Both the position numbers and the translations under genes were made by a program. Below, one piece after another: positions 43,992 to 53,531 of a stretch of DNA of 53,531 nt. Source of the stretch: a virus (taxonomy: Duplodnaviria > Caudoviricetes); IMG/VR virus record IMGVR_UViG_3300004806_000031, positions 1 to 53,531 of that record. The stretch is one strand, 5' to 3'. Under the pieces are notes generated by a model that saw only the letters and a list, made by a program, of their open reading frames with translations, did not search any database and had not been told where the DNA came from. Numbering within the stretch: position 1 is the stretch's first letter; the number at the start of each line of letters is the position of its first letter.

Positions 43992-44897
43992 ATGGAACAG
44001 GAAGAAAATCAGGTTCAAGACGACGTGACCATTTTGGATGATGCTCCAGATGAGGCCGTCAATGAGAACAAAACGGAAACAAAAGTTGCGGCAAATGATT
44101 CGCAATCGCCAGAAGACGGCATTGCGGAACTAAAAGAGCGCCTTGAAGAAGAGCGGCGCATGCGTCTGGAGGCAGAGCAGCGCGCGCATCAGGCCCAGCA
44201 GACAGCGACCAAGGCCACGGCTGAGGTTCAAGATAGCAATCTGCAACTGATTAACAGTGCAATTGATAAACTGAAACGCGAATCAGACTACTCAAAAACG
44301 CGTTACCGGGATGCATTGGCTTCGGGCGATTATGACACTGCCGCCCAAATCCAAGAGGCAATGTCGATCAATGCAGCCAAGATGTTGCAACTTCAAAACG
44401 GCAAGACGGCCCTTGAAGAGAAGTTAAAGAACCCGCCCCCGCCGCCTCCGCCAGTAAATGCTGACGTTGTTGAGCAGATTGCATCGCAATTGTCGCCACG
44501 CTCCGCGGCTTGGGTGAGGGCTAATCCTGACGTTGTGCGGGATAAAAGTCGGTATGACGACATGGTTCGGGCGCATAATCACGCCATTGGCGAGGGCCAC
44601 GTTCCTGACTCAGACGCGTATTTCCAACACATCGAAATGCGTTTGGGCAAGAGAAAGCCACAGCCGGTCGTTGATGACGGTGAGGACGTTGCTTTGTCAG
44701 CCGCCTCTGCGCCAACTCAAAAGAGAACTGCGCCAGCCGCCGCGCCAACCACACGCACTGCGTCTGGGACGGGCAATAAGCAAAACGTCGTCCGTTTAAC
44801 GTCAGAAATGCGTGAGATTGCATCTATGATGGGCATGTCGCCCGAAGATTACGCCAAAAACATGGTCGCCCTTCGCAAAGAAGGCAAACTTAACTAA
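43992..44897 (+). CDS. Capsid scaffolding protein
   Basis: Acidic N-terminus, long coiled coil and C-terminal VRLT..MREIA..MGMSPEDYAK; precedes the capsid genes. Confidence 0.75.
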   Translation: MEQEENQVQDDVTILDDAPDEAVNENKTETKVAANDSQSPEDGIAELKERLEEERRMRLEAEQRAHQAQQTATKATAEVQDSNLQLINSAIDKLKRESDYSKTRYRDALASGDYDTAAQIQEAMSINAAKMLQLQNGKTALEEKLKNPPPPPPPVNADVVEQIASQLSPRSAAWVRANPDVVRDKSRYDDMVRAHNHAIGEGHVPDSDAYFQHIEMRLGKRKPQPVVDDGEDVALSAASAPTQKRTAPAAAPTTRTASGTGNKQNVVRLTSEMREIASMMGMSPEDYAKNMVALRKEGKLN

Positions 44898-44909
44898 TAG
44901 GAGTGCCAA

Positions 44910-45467
44910 ATGGCCAATACTGAATCCGGTTTGACTAAACTCACGCGCAAGGCGCCACAGGCCGCAATGCGCCCCGATGTCCGCAATGAAGTGCGGGAAA
45001 ATAACCCAGCGGACCGCGCTCGCCAACGGGCGGCGGAAATCCGCAAGCACCGCGCTGGCCTTGATTTGGACAGCACTGACCGCTTTGCTTTTGACACGTC
45101 AATCATTCCCGATGGCTGGTCATACGAGTGGAAACGCAAGTCTATCTACAATCAGGAAGATCCTGCGTATCAAATCCGCCTCGCTGACGGCGGCTGGACC
45201 CCCGTTCCGGCGTCGCGTCATCCCAATCTTATGCCGGTCGGCAACTACGCTACAATTGAGCGTGACGGCATGGTTTTGATGGAGCGTCCTAAGGAGTTGA
45301 CAGACGAAGCAAAAGATATAGAATTGCGTCGTGCTAGAAATCAGGTTCGCGCTAAAGAAGCGCAACTGAGCGCAACACCGGATGGAACATTGTCGCGTGA
45401 CGCTGATCCGCGCACCCGTCCATCGGTGAGAAAATCTTACGAGGCTATGCCCATTCCAAAGGAATAA
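44910..45467 (+). CDS. Conserved head-module protein
   Basis: IPDGWSYEWKR..GWTPVP..GMVLMERP. Confidence 0.75.
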   Translation: MANTESGLTKLTRKAPQAAMRPDVRNEVRENNPADRARQRAAEIRKHRAGLDLDSTDRFAFDTSIIPDGWSYEWKRKSIYNQEDPAYQIRLADGGWTPVPASRHPNLMPVGNYATIERDGMVLMERPKELTDEAKDIELRRARNQVRAKEAQLSATPDGTLSRDADPRTRPSVRKSYEAMPIPKE

Positions 45468-45564
45468 GGGCGGCCTCAAATCCGCCCCCGGGGAGGCGGG
45501 TTAAAATTGTCGGGGTTGGCAGTGCCGGGCGCATAGCAACCTCATCACTCATGGAAAATCTGCT

Positions 45565-46188
45565 ATGGCTAATACGCAAGCGTATTATGGCTTCTTGCAG
45601 TATCAGGGTGGTGCTGGCGGCGCTCCAACGTTCGCCCAGTCTGCCCGTCGTATTGCAAGCACCAACAACACGGCTATTTACACTGGCGACCCGGTAATGC
45701 CGGTCGTTAGCACGGCCAATGGTTATATTACTCAGGCTTCCCCCGGCACGACGACCCTCGCGGGTATTTTTGTCGGTTGTAAGTATCTCTCGACCTCCCA
45801 GAAGCGTACCGTTTGGTCGTCTTACTGGCCCGGTTCGGATGCAACTGGCGACGTTGAAGCATACGTGATCGATGATCCGAATGCTCGTTTCGTTGTCCAG
45901 ACAAGCACGTCCGCGTTCCCGATGACGGGTACTGCCACCACGATGGGTTCTGGCGTTATTGGCCAGTATGCTCAATTCTCCATCGGAACGGGCAACACCT
46001 CAACGGGTCGTTCGGGTGCTTATCTTTCATCCGTCGGCACAACCGTCACCTTCCCATTCACCATTGTGGATTACGCTATTGGCTTCGGCAATGGCGGCGA
46101 TCCGACCACGCAATACTGCAACGTGATCGTTGGCTTCAACAACGAAATCTTCCGCAGTAACGGCGCTGGCCCGACCGGTATCTCGTAA
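45565..46188 (+). CDS. Putative capsid decoration/cement protein
   Basis: AIYTGDPV, GIFVGC.Y and AYVIDDPN motifs; directly upstream of the capsid gene; biased codons. Confidence 0.7.
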   Translation: MANTQAYYGFLQYQGGAGGAPTFAQSARRIASTNNTAIYTGDPVMPVVSTANGYITQASPGTTTLAGIFVGCKYLSTSQKRTVWSSYWPGSDATGDVEAYVIDDPNARFVVQTSTSAFPMTGTATTMGSGVIGQYAQFSIGTGNTSTGRSGAYLSSVGTTVTFPFTIVDYAIGFGNGGDPTTQYCNVIVGFNNEIFRSNGAGPTGIS

Positions 46189-46203
46189 GAGGAGTAAGGA
46201 ACT

Positions 46204-47118
46204 ATGGCTGTTAATCTTTCGCAGATCAAAGACCTTCTCCTCCCCGGTCTCCGTGGTGTTGAAGGCAAGTACGAGATGATTTCATCTCAGTACGACAAAA
46301 TCTTCACAAAGCATGATTCGAAGATGGCTCTCGAACGTACCGCAGAAATGCGCTACCTCGGCCTCGCGCAGTTGAAGACCGAAGGTGGTCAGACTGCATT
46401 CGATTCGGGCGCTGGTGAGCGTTTTGTGTACAACCAAGAGCATACTGAAATTGCTCTGGGTTACGCGATTACCCGTAAGGCTATCGACGATAACCTCTAC
46501 AAGACTCAGTTCATGCCGTCGAACCTTGGCTTGGTGGAATCATTCCAGCAGACCAAAGAAATCTATGGCGCGAATATCCTTAACACGGCCCAAACGTACA
46601 ATGCTTCGGTTGGCGGTGACGGCGTGGCACTCTGCTCCACGTCACATCCTATCGACGGCGGTACGGTCGCTAACACGCCATCAACGCAACTTGACCTCAA
46701 CGAAGCCTCGCTGCTCAACAGCATGATTGCTGTCCGCACGAACTTCCGCGATCAAGCCAACTTGAAAGTGTTCGCTCGCGCTCGCAAACTCATCGTTCCA
46801 CCTCAGTTGGAGCCAGTCGCGATCCGTCTCACGAAGACTGAATTGCGTCCGGGTACAGCAGACAACGATGTCAATGCGATCATGATGACGGCGGGTGGTC
46901 TTAGCGAAGGCTACATGGTCAACGACTTCTTGACCTCGGCTTACGCTTGGTTCTTGCTCACCAACATCGACGGCCTTGCTTACATGGAACGCATCAAGTT
47001 TGAGACCGACATGCAAGTCGATTTCGTGACTGATAACCTCCTTGTTAAGGGCTACGAGCGTTATTCGTTCGGCTATTACAACTGGCGCGCGATCTACGGC
47101 TCGTTCCCAACCTCGTAA
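46204..47118 (+). CDS. Major capsid protein (Mu gpT-like)
   Basis: LLPGL, K.EG, ALGY.IT..AIDDNLY, DGVAL.S.SHP, KLIVPP.L and ERYSFG motifs; strong codon bias. Confidence 0.92.
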   Translation: MAVNLSQIKDLLLPGLRGVEGKYEMISSQYDKIFTKHDSKMALERTAEMRYLGLAQLKTEGGQTAFDSGAGERFVYNQEHTEIALGYAITRKAIDDNLYKTQFMPSNLGLVESFQQTKEIYGANILNTAQTYNASVGGDGVALCSTSHPIDGGTVANTPSTQLDLNEASLLNSMIAVRTNFRDQANLKVFARARKLIVPPQLEPVAIRLTKTELRPGTADNDVNAIMMTAGGLSEGYMVNDFLTSAYAWFLLTNIDGLAYMERIKFETDMQVDFVTDNLLVKGYERYSFGYYNWRAIYGSFPTS

Positions 47119-47130
47119 GGAGAAGGCACT

Positions 47131-48366
47131 ATGGCTGATACCGCATTCTCCGGTCCAATTATTGTGTTTGGGCAAAACCCAACACAGCCTTTGGACTATA
47201 ACCCAGACTTAGGCTCCTCGCTATTTTATGCGGGGGGCGGCATCCTTGATCCACGCCTACCATTCACCTACATCCCCGGTGAATCGCAGGCCGCGCAGGA
47301 TTTTGGATGGTATGGTTTCAGTGATATTTCTACATATCTCAATTCGCCATACACGAATTCGACAACTGCAATTGTCGCTTCGGCCAATCCAACGAGCGCG
47401 ACACTCTCGCTCGTCACATCTAACTCCGCGACCACTGGCGTCTATTATTCGTCAACATTTACTCGTTCGGATACAGGCGCTACGGACACGGTTCTTGTTC
47501 TGGATGCTTACGCTTCAGTCACCGCTTCGGCAACGAACGGCGTTCTGACAGTTACGGCAAACAGCAACTTGCCAATCGGTCCGGGTATGGTTCTCCTCTC
47601 GTCAAGCACGACGGTAACGGGTGGAACTCTTGGTGCATCTTCTGGCGTTTACATTGTTTCACAATTGACGACGACGGGAACTTCATCATCGGTGGGTAAC
47701 GGACAAACTGGTACTTATCAGTTGAGCCAAAACGTAACATTCACATCTGGCACGGTCACATTGGCCTACCCAAATGTGCAATCTTGCGCCGTTCCAACGA
47801 ACCTCCAATCGCCATCAATTTGGCTTTGGAGTCCAATGGCTCTCTTGAGCCGCGCAGTAAGCATTACTGCGGCAGCAAGTGCTACCTACGCAACCGCGAC
47901 GGTTAACGGCTACGATATTTACGGATATCCAATGACGGAAGCCATCACGATTTCGGCTGGTAACACTGTTAACGGCAAGAAGGCGTTTAAGTATATCAAG
48001 TCGGTGGTGCTTTCGGGCGGCACGGCTGATACGACCCACGCCTACTCCGTTGGCACGACTGCAATTCTGGGCCTCCCAGTTCGTGCAGATAGTGCCGCTG
48101 AAGTAATCGTTAACGCTGCTGCGTCTCAAGTTGCTCTCCCAATCAGTGCTGGTTGGGGTGCAAACGGGTTCCTGCCCGCTGATCGTACTACACCGTCCGC
48201 TACAACGGGCGATGTCCGTGGCACGATTGACGTCTCGAACGCTTCGGGTGTCAATCTTACGCCTTCCACTGGCACGAACAAATATGCGTTCCGCCAAGTC
48301 CCATTGGCCATGAATGTCCAGTCTTCGGCTGGCTTGTTTGGCCTTACCCAGTACTACAACTTCTAA
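47131..48366 (+). CDS. Virion structural protein (S/T-rich)
   Basis: AGGAG RBS; TAFSGP N-terminus; GYDIYG.P.TE, GKKAFK.I and ATTGDVRGT motifs. Confidence 0.75.
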   Translation: MADTAFSGPIIVFGQNPTQPLDYNPDLGSSLFYAGGGILDPRLPFTYIPGESQAAQDFGWYGFSDISTYLNSPYTNSTTAIVASANPTSATLSLVTSNSATTGVYYSSTFTRSDTGATDTVLVLDAYASVTASATNGVLTVTANSNLPIGPGMVLLSSSTTVTGGTLGASSGVYIVSQLTTTGTSSSVGNGQTGTYQLSQNVTFTSGTVTLAYPNVQSCAVPTNLQSPSIWLWSPMALLSRAVSITAAASATYATATVNGYDIYGYPMTEAITISAGNTVNGKKAFKYIKSVVLSGGTADTTHAYSVGTTAILGLPVRADSAAEVIVNAAASQVALPISAGWGANGFLPADRTTPSATTGDVRGTIDVSNASGVNLTPSTGTNKYAFRQVPLAMNVQSSAGLFGLTQYYNF

Positions 48367-48377
48367 GGAACTAGGCC

Positions 48378-48791
48378 ATGAAGAAGGCATCTAAGTCTGA
48401 ACAAGACGGTACGCACGGCGAAAAGTATGCCGATGCTGCTGTTAAAGACGTGTACGCTGGTGGCAACTCGCCAACAGAACACGAAGCACAAGAGCGTAAG
48501 CATGGTGGTCGCGCCAAGCGTAAACATGGTGGTCATGTTGCACATCACAGCATGAAGCACAAAGAGCATCACCATGAGCATCCAAAGGCTGAACATCGCG
48601 CAAAGCGTAAGCGCGGTGGTCACGTCATGCATGCTGAACACGCAGTGCATGGCGAACACGCCAAGCATCGTGCAGACCGTAAGGCCCGCAAGTCGGGTGG
48701 TGAAGTTGGTGCGAACATGCACCCGCTCTCCACGGCGGCCAAGGGCATTGAGCCAAAGGCTCACAAGTCTTACGAGCCTGAACACGATTAA
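48378..48791 (+). CDS. His/Lys-rich protein with four RKxGG motifs
   Basis: RKHGG x2, RKRGG and RKSGG. Confidence 0.75.
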   Translation: MKKASKSEQDGTHGEKYADAAVKDVYAGGNSPTEHEAQERKHGGRAKRKHGGHVAHHSMKHKEHHHEHPKAEHRAKRKRGGHVMHAEHAVHGEHAKHRADRKARKSGGEVGANMHPLSTAAKGIEPKAHKSYEPEHD

Positions 48792-48798
48792 TAAAATC

Positions 48799-48825
48799 AG
48801 AGGGGGTGTAACAGCCCCCTCTTTT
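48799..48825 (+). terminator. Rho-independent terminator
   Basis: AGAGGGGG/CCCCCTCT stem plus T-run. Confidence 0.75.
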
Positions 48826-48841
48826 CCAACATAGGTGATTC

Positions 48842-49084
48842 ATGACTGCTGCTTGGACACGCAAAGAAGGCAAATCGCCATCTGGTGGACTTAATGAAAA
48901 GGGCAGGCAGTCTGCCCGCGCTGAAGGCCATCACCTGAAAGCACCTACGAAGGATTCAAGCAATCCTCGCCACAAATCATTTTGTGAGCGGATGACAGGC
49001 GTGAAACGGAAGATGACTGGCGCTGCTGCCGCCGCTGATCCAGACAGCCGCATTAATAAGTCGCTTCGCAAGTGGGGATGCTAA
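48842..49084 (+). CDS. Small basic conserved phage protein (DUF6321-like)
   Basis: AWTRKEGK.P.GGLN.KGR...SFC.RM..SRINKSLRKW.C. Confidence 0.75.
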   Translation: MTAAWTRKEGKSPSGGLNEKGRQSARAEGHHLKAPTKDSSNPRHKSFCERMTGVKRKMTGAAAAADPDSRINKSLRKWGC

Positions 49085-49085
49085 A

Positions 49086-49250
49086 ATGGCAGACAAACCA
49101 TTTTGGGAAACTAAATTGCCCAAAGATCATCACACAAAGCACTTGTCGCACAAGCAAGAACAAAGTGCTAAAGCGAGAGCAAGAGCGGCTGGCAGACCCT
49201 ACCCAAATCTGGTAGATAATGCTGCCGCGGCCCGCAAGAAAGGTAAGTAA
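49086..49250 (+). CDS. Small basic conserved phage protein
   Basis: MADKPFW...AKARARAAGRPYPNLVDN; missing from the ORF track (54 aa). Confidence 0.7.
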   Translation: MADKPFWETKLPKDHHTKHLSHKQEQSAKARARAAGRPYPNLVDNAAAARKKGK

Positions 49251-49252
49251 TT

Positions 49253-50077
49253 ATGGCTTCGATTTCTCAAACCGGCGTTATTTGGGATTCAATTACCAAA
49301 AACGGCAAGCACGAGCCATTTGAACTTCAAGTTGGCCGTGGATTGATTACCAACCATCAACCGGTTGAAATCTTTGGCTACAGCACTCAGGTTGCCGGAA
49401 CGGCTCTTGGTCCTTTGTGGGAAGGCTTAACGCAATCGGGCGGAGCATATGCTTACCCATCTTCCGCGGGCGTTGTGGTGCTTCTCAGCGCATCCGGCGC
49501 AACCGACGCTGGGTTGATTATTCAGGTCAATGGTTTGGATGCAAACTACAACCTTTTGTCAGAAACAGTCACGTTGAACGGTTCAGGCACTGCAACGACG
49601 ACCAACTCATTTTTCCGCATCAATGGTTTGTTTGTGACCAATGGCATCAATGCCGGTAACATCACAGCCAAAATTGCGACCGTCCTTTACGCGCAGATCA
49701 ACGCTGGCGTTGGGCAGACGCAAATGTCAATTTACACCGTGCCAAAGGGCTACACGTTCTATCTGACTTATGTTCAGGCGAACGCAAGCATTGGGTTCAC
49801 ATCCAGCAACTACATGATTTTTGCTGAATACAACAAATTCAACCTTGGCAATACAATCCAAGAAAACGGCTACAACTACACAGTCAATGGCAACACGACG
49901 TTGCTGTCGCAGTCGCCATTTGTGCAGATTTTTAACATTCCTTACACGGTTCCTGTAGGCCATCCCGGCGGCACGGACATTCAATATCAAATGAAGTCCA
50001 ATACGGGTGGGCCGTTTACCGCATCAATCTTTGCAGGTGGCTATCTTATCGCTGATCCTACGCCTACAACGTTCTGA
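49253..50077 (+). CDS. Virion structural protein
   Basis: FELQVGRG.I..H, GLDANY..SE and QTQM..YTVP motifs. Confidence 0.7.
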   Translation: MASISQTGVIWDSITKNGKHEPFELQVGRGLITNHQPVEIFGYSTQVAGTALGPLWEGLTQSGGAYAYPSSAGVVVLLSASGATDAGLIIQVNGLDANYNLLSETVTLNGSGTATTTNSFFRINGLFVTNGINAGNITAKIATVLYAQINAGVGQTQMSIYTVPKGYTFYLTYVQANASIGFTSSNYMIFAEYNKFNLGNTIQENGYNYTVNGNTTLLSQSPFVQIFNIPYTVPVGHPGGTDIQYQMKSNTGGPFTASIFAGGYLIADPTPTTF

Positions 50078-50089
50078 TAGGGGGCCGTT

Positions 50090-51052
50090 ATGACAACGAG
50101 CGGCACCTATAATTTTAACCCCTCGCTTGGCGAGATTGTACTTTACGCGTACAATCTCTGCGACGTTAGAAACACAGCATTGGCGCAAGAGCATATGGAG
50201 GCCGCTCGTATGGCTTCCAACTTGCTATTTTCCAATTGGTCTAACCGTGGCGTCAATTTGTGGGCGGTTGACCTTCAACAAGTGTCGTTTGATCAAACGC
50301 CAACAATTTTGACCGTTACAGGTAACGGCAAAACGGCCACACTTACCTACGCGACGCCAAATACACCAATCTACACGGTCGGCACTCAAATCACGATTTA
50401 CAATACAGGCGTGGTGGATGGGACGCAGACAGTGACTGCCGCATCCAATGGGTCGGTGTCATTTGCCTCAACATATAATGGAACAACCACGCCAACGGGC
50501 GCGACCATTGTGCCAATAAACCAATACGGCATTCAAACTTCGGTCAGCACCTACTCGGTTGATCCAAGCACGGTTGTTATTTTAGACGCGTATGTCACGA
50601 CGACCGCAAATGAAACAAATCCTATTGATAGGATTATTTTGCCAGTGTCGCGCACCGAGTATGCGTCTTACCCAAACAAGCAGCAGCAGGGATTCCCGAC
50701 CGTATTTTGGTTTGACCGGCTGATTAGCGGGACACGTTCAACGGGGTCAACTGGCCCCACAGTGACGTTGTGGCCCGTGCCGGATGGCCAATCGTCGCAG
50801 TATTTGAAATACTATCGCGTTCGGCAAATTCAGGATTCCAATTTTACGTCAGGCCAGACGGTTGAAATTCCTTACCTTTGGCTTGAAGCATACGCGTATA
50901 ATTTGGCGTATCGCTTGGCTATTATGTATAATGCCCAAAAGGTAGCACTGCTTAAACCTTTGGCTGATGAGGCGTATGCTATTGCGGCAGAGCAAAACGT
51001 TGAAACTGCTCAATTCTATATCAGCCCGCAAATGCAGGGTTATTTTAGGTAA
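50090..51052 (+). CDS. Putative head-tail adaptor with inserted beta domain
   Basis: MTTSGTY.FNP, NLL..WSNRG.NLW, SR.EY...PNK..QG.P and WPVPD motifs. Confidence 0.65.
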   Translation: MTTSGTYNFNPSLGEIVLYAYNLCDVRNTALAQEHMEAARMASNLLFSNWSNRGVNLWAVDLQQVSFDQTPTILTVTGNGKTATLTYATPNTPIYTVGTQITIYNTGVVDGTQTVTAASNGSVSFASTYNGTTTPTGATIVPINQYGIQTSVSTYSVDPSTVVILDAYVTTTANETNPIDRIILPVSRTEYASYPNKQQQGFPTVFWFDRLISGTRSTGSTGPTVTLWPVPDGQSSQYLKYYRVRQIQDSNFTSGQTVEIPYLWLEAYAYNLAYRLAIMYNAQKVALLKPLADEAYAIAAEQNVETAQFYISPQMQGYFR

Positions 51053-51060
51053 ATAAACCT

Positions 51061-51795
51061 ATGGCTTATGCTTCAAGATTAGGCCGCGCACAGATCAGTT
51101 CTCGCAATCCGAGGGCTGCGGGTCAGTGCGACCGGTGCGGGTTTATTTACAATCATGACCAATTGCATTGGCAATTTGATTTTGCTGGCGCGGGCTTGAT
51201 TAATAAGCGGATCCTTGTTTGCACACCATGCAATGACGTGCCTCAAAACCAACTCCGCGCAATCGTTCTACCGGCTGACCCAATGCCGATTGAGAACCCG
51301 CGCACTCAAGACTATTACAATGCGGAAACGACAACAATTGCCATTTCAATGGGCGCGCCAAAAGACCCAGTTACCGGCATCCCAATTTACCCAATTGTTT
51401 CGCTGGTGAATAACAACGGCATGTATCCAACGCCGCCGCCAATTGGCATTCCAACTGGCTTGGATCAAAATGCCGTCCAGCCACAATTTTTAACGACGGC
51501 ATACCGTGTAAATTTGGAACCATTGTCCATTATTGCCAATGGTACGAATACGATTACGGTCACTTGCCCGGCCCCGCACGGCCTATCAACCAATGCCCAA
51601 ATTGCGGTTGAGGGATTAACCAATAATGCTGCGGACGGTTTTTACAGTGTCACTGTAACGACGGCCACGCAATTCACTTACCAAACGAATAATGCTATAC
51701 CCGCTGGGAACTTGCTCCAAGGCACGACGCTCATGTTAACTGCGCTTGTCGGTCTGCCTTATGGCTACACGCAGATACCACAAACTGGGGTCTAA
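51061..51795 (+). CDS. Neck-region protein with CDRCG..C..C motif and beta-rich C-terminus
   Basis: CDRCGF.Y...LVC..C.D.PQ.QL; PHGL..N domain. Confidence 0.7.
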   Translation: MAYASRLGRAQISSRNPRAAGQCDRCGFIYNHDQLHWQFDFAGAGLINKRILVCTPCNDVPQNQLRAIVLPADPMPIENPRTQDYYNAETTTIAISMGAPKDPVTGIPIYPIVSLVNNNGMYPTPPPIGIPTGLDQNAVQPQFLTTAYRVNLEPLSIIANGTNTITVTCPAPHGLSTNAQIAVEGLTNNAADGFYSVTVTTATQFTYQTNNAIPAGNLLQGTTLMLTALVGLPYGYTQIPQTGV

Positions 51796-51797
51796 CA

Positions 51798-53531
51798 ATG
51801 GCAAACATTACCATTACGAACCTCCCAGTTGCTACATCGCTGAGTGGTTCGGCGGCACTTATGATTGTGCAGGGTGGAACGTCTTATCAGACCACCGTTG
51901 GCCAAATTGCCGGGTTAAATTCGTATGGTGGGACGGTTACGTCAATCACGGCGTCGTACCCACTTTCTGGTGGGACAATTACTACAACTGGGTCTATTGG
52001 CCTGACGCCGGCCAGTGTGGACAATACCTATTTGTCACTGATGCCGGCAAATACGATTAAGGGCAACAATTCTTCGTCTACCGGCGTTCCACAAGATTTA
52101 ACGGTTGCCAAAACAATGACATTGTTGGGCGCCGCGCCTCTTAATTCCCCTAATTTTACTGGCACACCCACGGCTCCCACTGCGTCTGCATCAGATAATA
52201 GCACGCAAATTGCTACGACGGCTTATGTGAAGGCGCAGGGATTTGGCGTTGGCACAGTGACATCCGTCGCGACTGGGACCGGATTGACGGGCGGCCCCAT
52301 TACTACGACTGGAACAATTTCCATCGCCAATACTGGCGTTTCGCCACAGACATATGGCTCCGCGACAACAGTCCCTCGACTTGCAATTAATGCACAGGGG
52401 CAAATTACAACCGCAAACAATGTGGCCATTTCCATTACGCCCAGCCAAGTGGTTGGGCTTGGAACAATGGCAACACAAAACGCCAATGCTGTTAATATTA
52501 CAGGCGGCACAATAGACCAAACCACTATTGGCGGCACAACTCCAGCGGCGGGGACGTTTACAAATTTAACGGCTACGGGGACTTCTTCTTTTGGCACGGT
52601 TTCATCGGGGACTTGGCAAGGAACCCCGGTGGCTATTTTTTATGGTGGCACTGGCGCAACAACTGCTTTAGGCGCAAGAATGAATCTTGGGGCGGCTGCT
52701 TCAGGCGCAAATAGTGACATTACATCACTTTCTGGGTTAACGACGCCTCTTTCTTCTACGCAGGGCGGGACGGGGTTTGCTTCGTACACCACGGGTGACC
52801 TTCTATACGCCGACTCATCGACAACATTGGCCCGTTTGAATGACGTAGCGGTGGGCAATGTTTTGCTTTCTGGTGGCATTGGTGTCGCGCCATCATGGGG
52901 CAAAGTAAATATTGCGACCTCTATTACTGGCACATTGCCAACCTTTAATGGCGGCACTGGGTTAGGGGGTGCCACGCCATTCACGTCTGGCGGTGCAGTG
53001 TACGCGACTTCTGCATCCGCATTGACCACTGGAACATTGCCCGTAACATCGGGCGGTACGGGAGTCACCACATCAACCGGGACCGGTTCAGTAGTGTTGT
53101 CAAATTCGCCAACACTTGTGACGCCAACACTTGGTAATGCTACAGCGACAAGTTACACCGCGACACGCGCGCTGTCGGTCTCAACGCCATATAATACGGG
53201 CGCTTTTACTTATGGGATACTTGGGTATTTCGACACAAATATTTTTTCGTCATTTGTGAATGGCGTCAATTCATACAATCAAATGGTGTTGCAGAATACC
53301 AATGCTGGGTCTGCGGCATCTACAAACTTTATTGTGTCAAACGACCAAGGCTCTCCAACCGGATACTTTGGCGAGTTTGGCATGAATAGCAGTGCCTTCA
53401 CCGGCACAAGTTCATTCAATCTTCCCAATGCCGTCTATCTTGACGCAACCAATGGTGATCTTGTTCTCGGCACCACAACGGCCAACGCGATCCGCTTTGT
53501 CGTCAACAGCAATTCCACCGACGCGATGTCC
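51798..53531 (+). CDS. Long tail fibre protein, 3' truncated
   Basis: ATG at 51798, open to the window end (missing from the ORF track). APLNSPNFTGTPTAPT..STQIATTAYV, GTVTSV..G.GL.GG and GGTG repeats. Confidence 0.85.
   Translation, partial: MANITITNLPVATSLSGSAALMIVQGGTSYQTTVGQIAGLNSYGGTVTSITASYPLSGGTITTTGSIGLTPASVDNTYLSLMPANTIKGNNSSSTGVPQDLTVAKTMTLLGAAPLNSPNFTGTPTAPTASASDNSTQIATTAYVKAQGFGVGTVTSVATGTGLTGGPITTTGTISIANTGVSPQTYGSATTVPRLAINAQGQITTANNVAISITPSQVVGLGTMATQNANAVNITGGTIDQTTIGGTTPAAGTFTNLTATGTSSFGTVSSGTWQGTPVAIFYGGTGATTALGARMNLGAAASGANSDITSLSGLTTPLSSTQGGTGFASYTTGDLLYADSSTTLARLNDVAVGNVLLSGGIGVAPSWGKVNIATSITGTLPTFNGGTGLGGATPFTSGGAVYATSASALTTGTLPVTSGGTGVTTSTGTGSVVLSNSPTLVTPTLGNATATSYTATRALSVSTPYNTGAFTYGILGYFDTNIFSSFVNGVNSYNQMVLQNTNAGSAASTNFIVSNDQGSPTGYFGEFGMNSSAFTGTSSFNLPNAVYLDATNGDLVLGTTTANAIRFVVNSNSTDAMS

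Larger units (their letters stand above)
1..53531. mobile_element. Tailed phage genome (Caudoviricetes, podovirus-like), near complete, probable alphaproteobacterial host
   Basis: TerS, TerL, portal, scaffold, capsid, lysis and replication modules are all present and no host housekeeping genes are seen. Both ends lie in tail-fibre ORFs. Confidence 0.96.

Noticed and set aside
45468-45545. ZTP (pfl) riboswitch, suggested by CCGGGGAG
   Set aside because: The conserved GACTGGCG and CGCCTGGGC elements are absent.
53400-53531. Direct circular join: the terminal ORF is in frame with base 1 (...TDAMS-GETFPTW...)
   Set aside because: No terminal overlap is visible and frame agreement has a 1-in-3 chance. 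A gap within the fibre cluster cannot be excluded, so completeness is not claimed.
1-53531. Integrase, CI repressor, DNA/RNA polymerase, reverse transcriptase/DGR
   Set aside because: No diagnostic motifs were found in any ORF, so lifestyle cannot be assigned with certainty.

Overview
The whole window is a tailed dsDNA bacteriophage genome, probably close to complete. It is linearised inside the tail-fibre cluster, so ORFs run off both ends. The host is very likely an alphaproteobacterium: the genome carries a GcrA homologue, GTTC-N7-GTTC LexA boxes and an AbcR-like sRNA candidate. Architecture is podovirus-like, with no sheath, tube or tape-measure gene recognised. Layout: tail fibres, lysis genes, adaptor/nozzle-like proteins and internal virion proteins (1-14.65 kb, +); leftward recombination/nuclease operon with Gp157, ERF, SSB, HNH and SLT (14.65-18.4 kb); rightward HTH, RusA, DnaA-CTD, candidate origin, SF2 helicase and primase (18.5-22.4 kb); phosphoesterase, GcrA and small leftward early genes (22.3-27.4 kb); acidic proteins and TerS (27.5-28.7 kb); a repeat- and RNA-rich control region (28.7-30.5 kb); small accessory genes; then TerL, portal, internal proteins, GroES-like, scaffold, capsid and neck genes (34.9-53.5 kb). 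No integrase or CI-type repressor was recognised. Most interesting observations: (1) a short xx[AK]xGG peptide motif repeated about 25 times over six otherwise dissimilar virion-module proteins, with a companion ALxxAR helix, suggesting a shared processing or capsid-loading code; (2) a phased array of eight LexA half-sites next to a 22-bp-phased YATGCTT array downstream of terS; (3) several promoter-driven structured RNAs, including a tRNA-like RNA and an anti-Shine-Dalgarno sRNA; (4) a Tat-signal protein carrying a copy of the scaffold C-terminal motif. All functional calls come from motif recognition by eye; no database searches were run.
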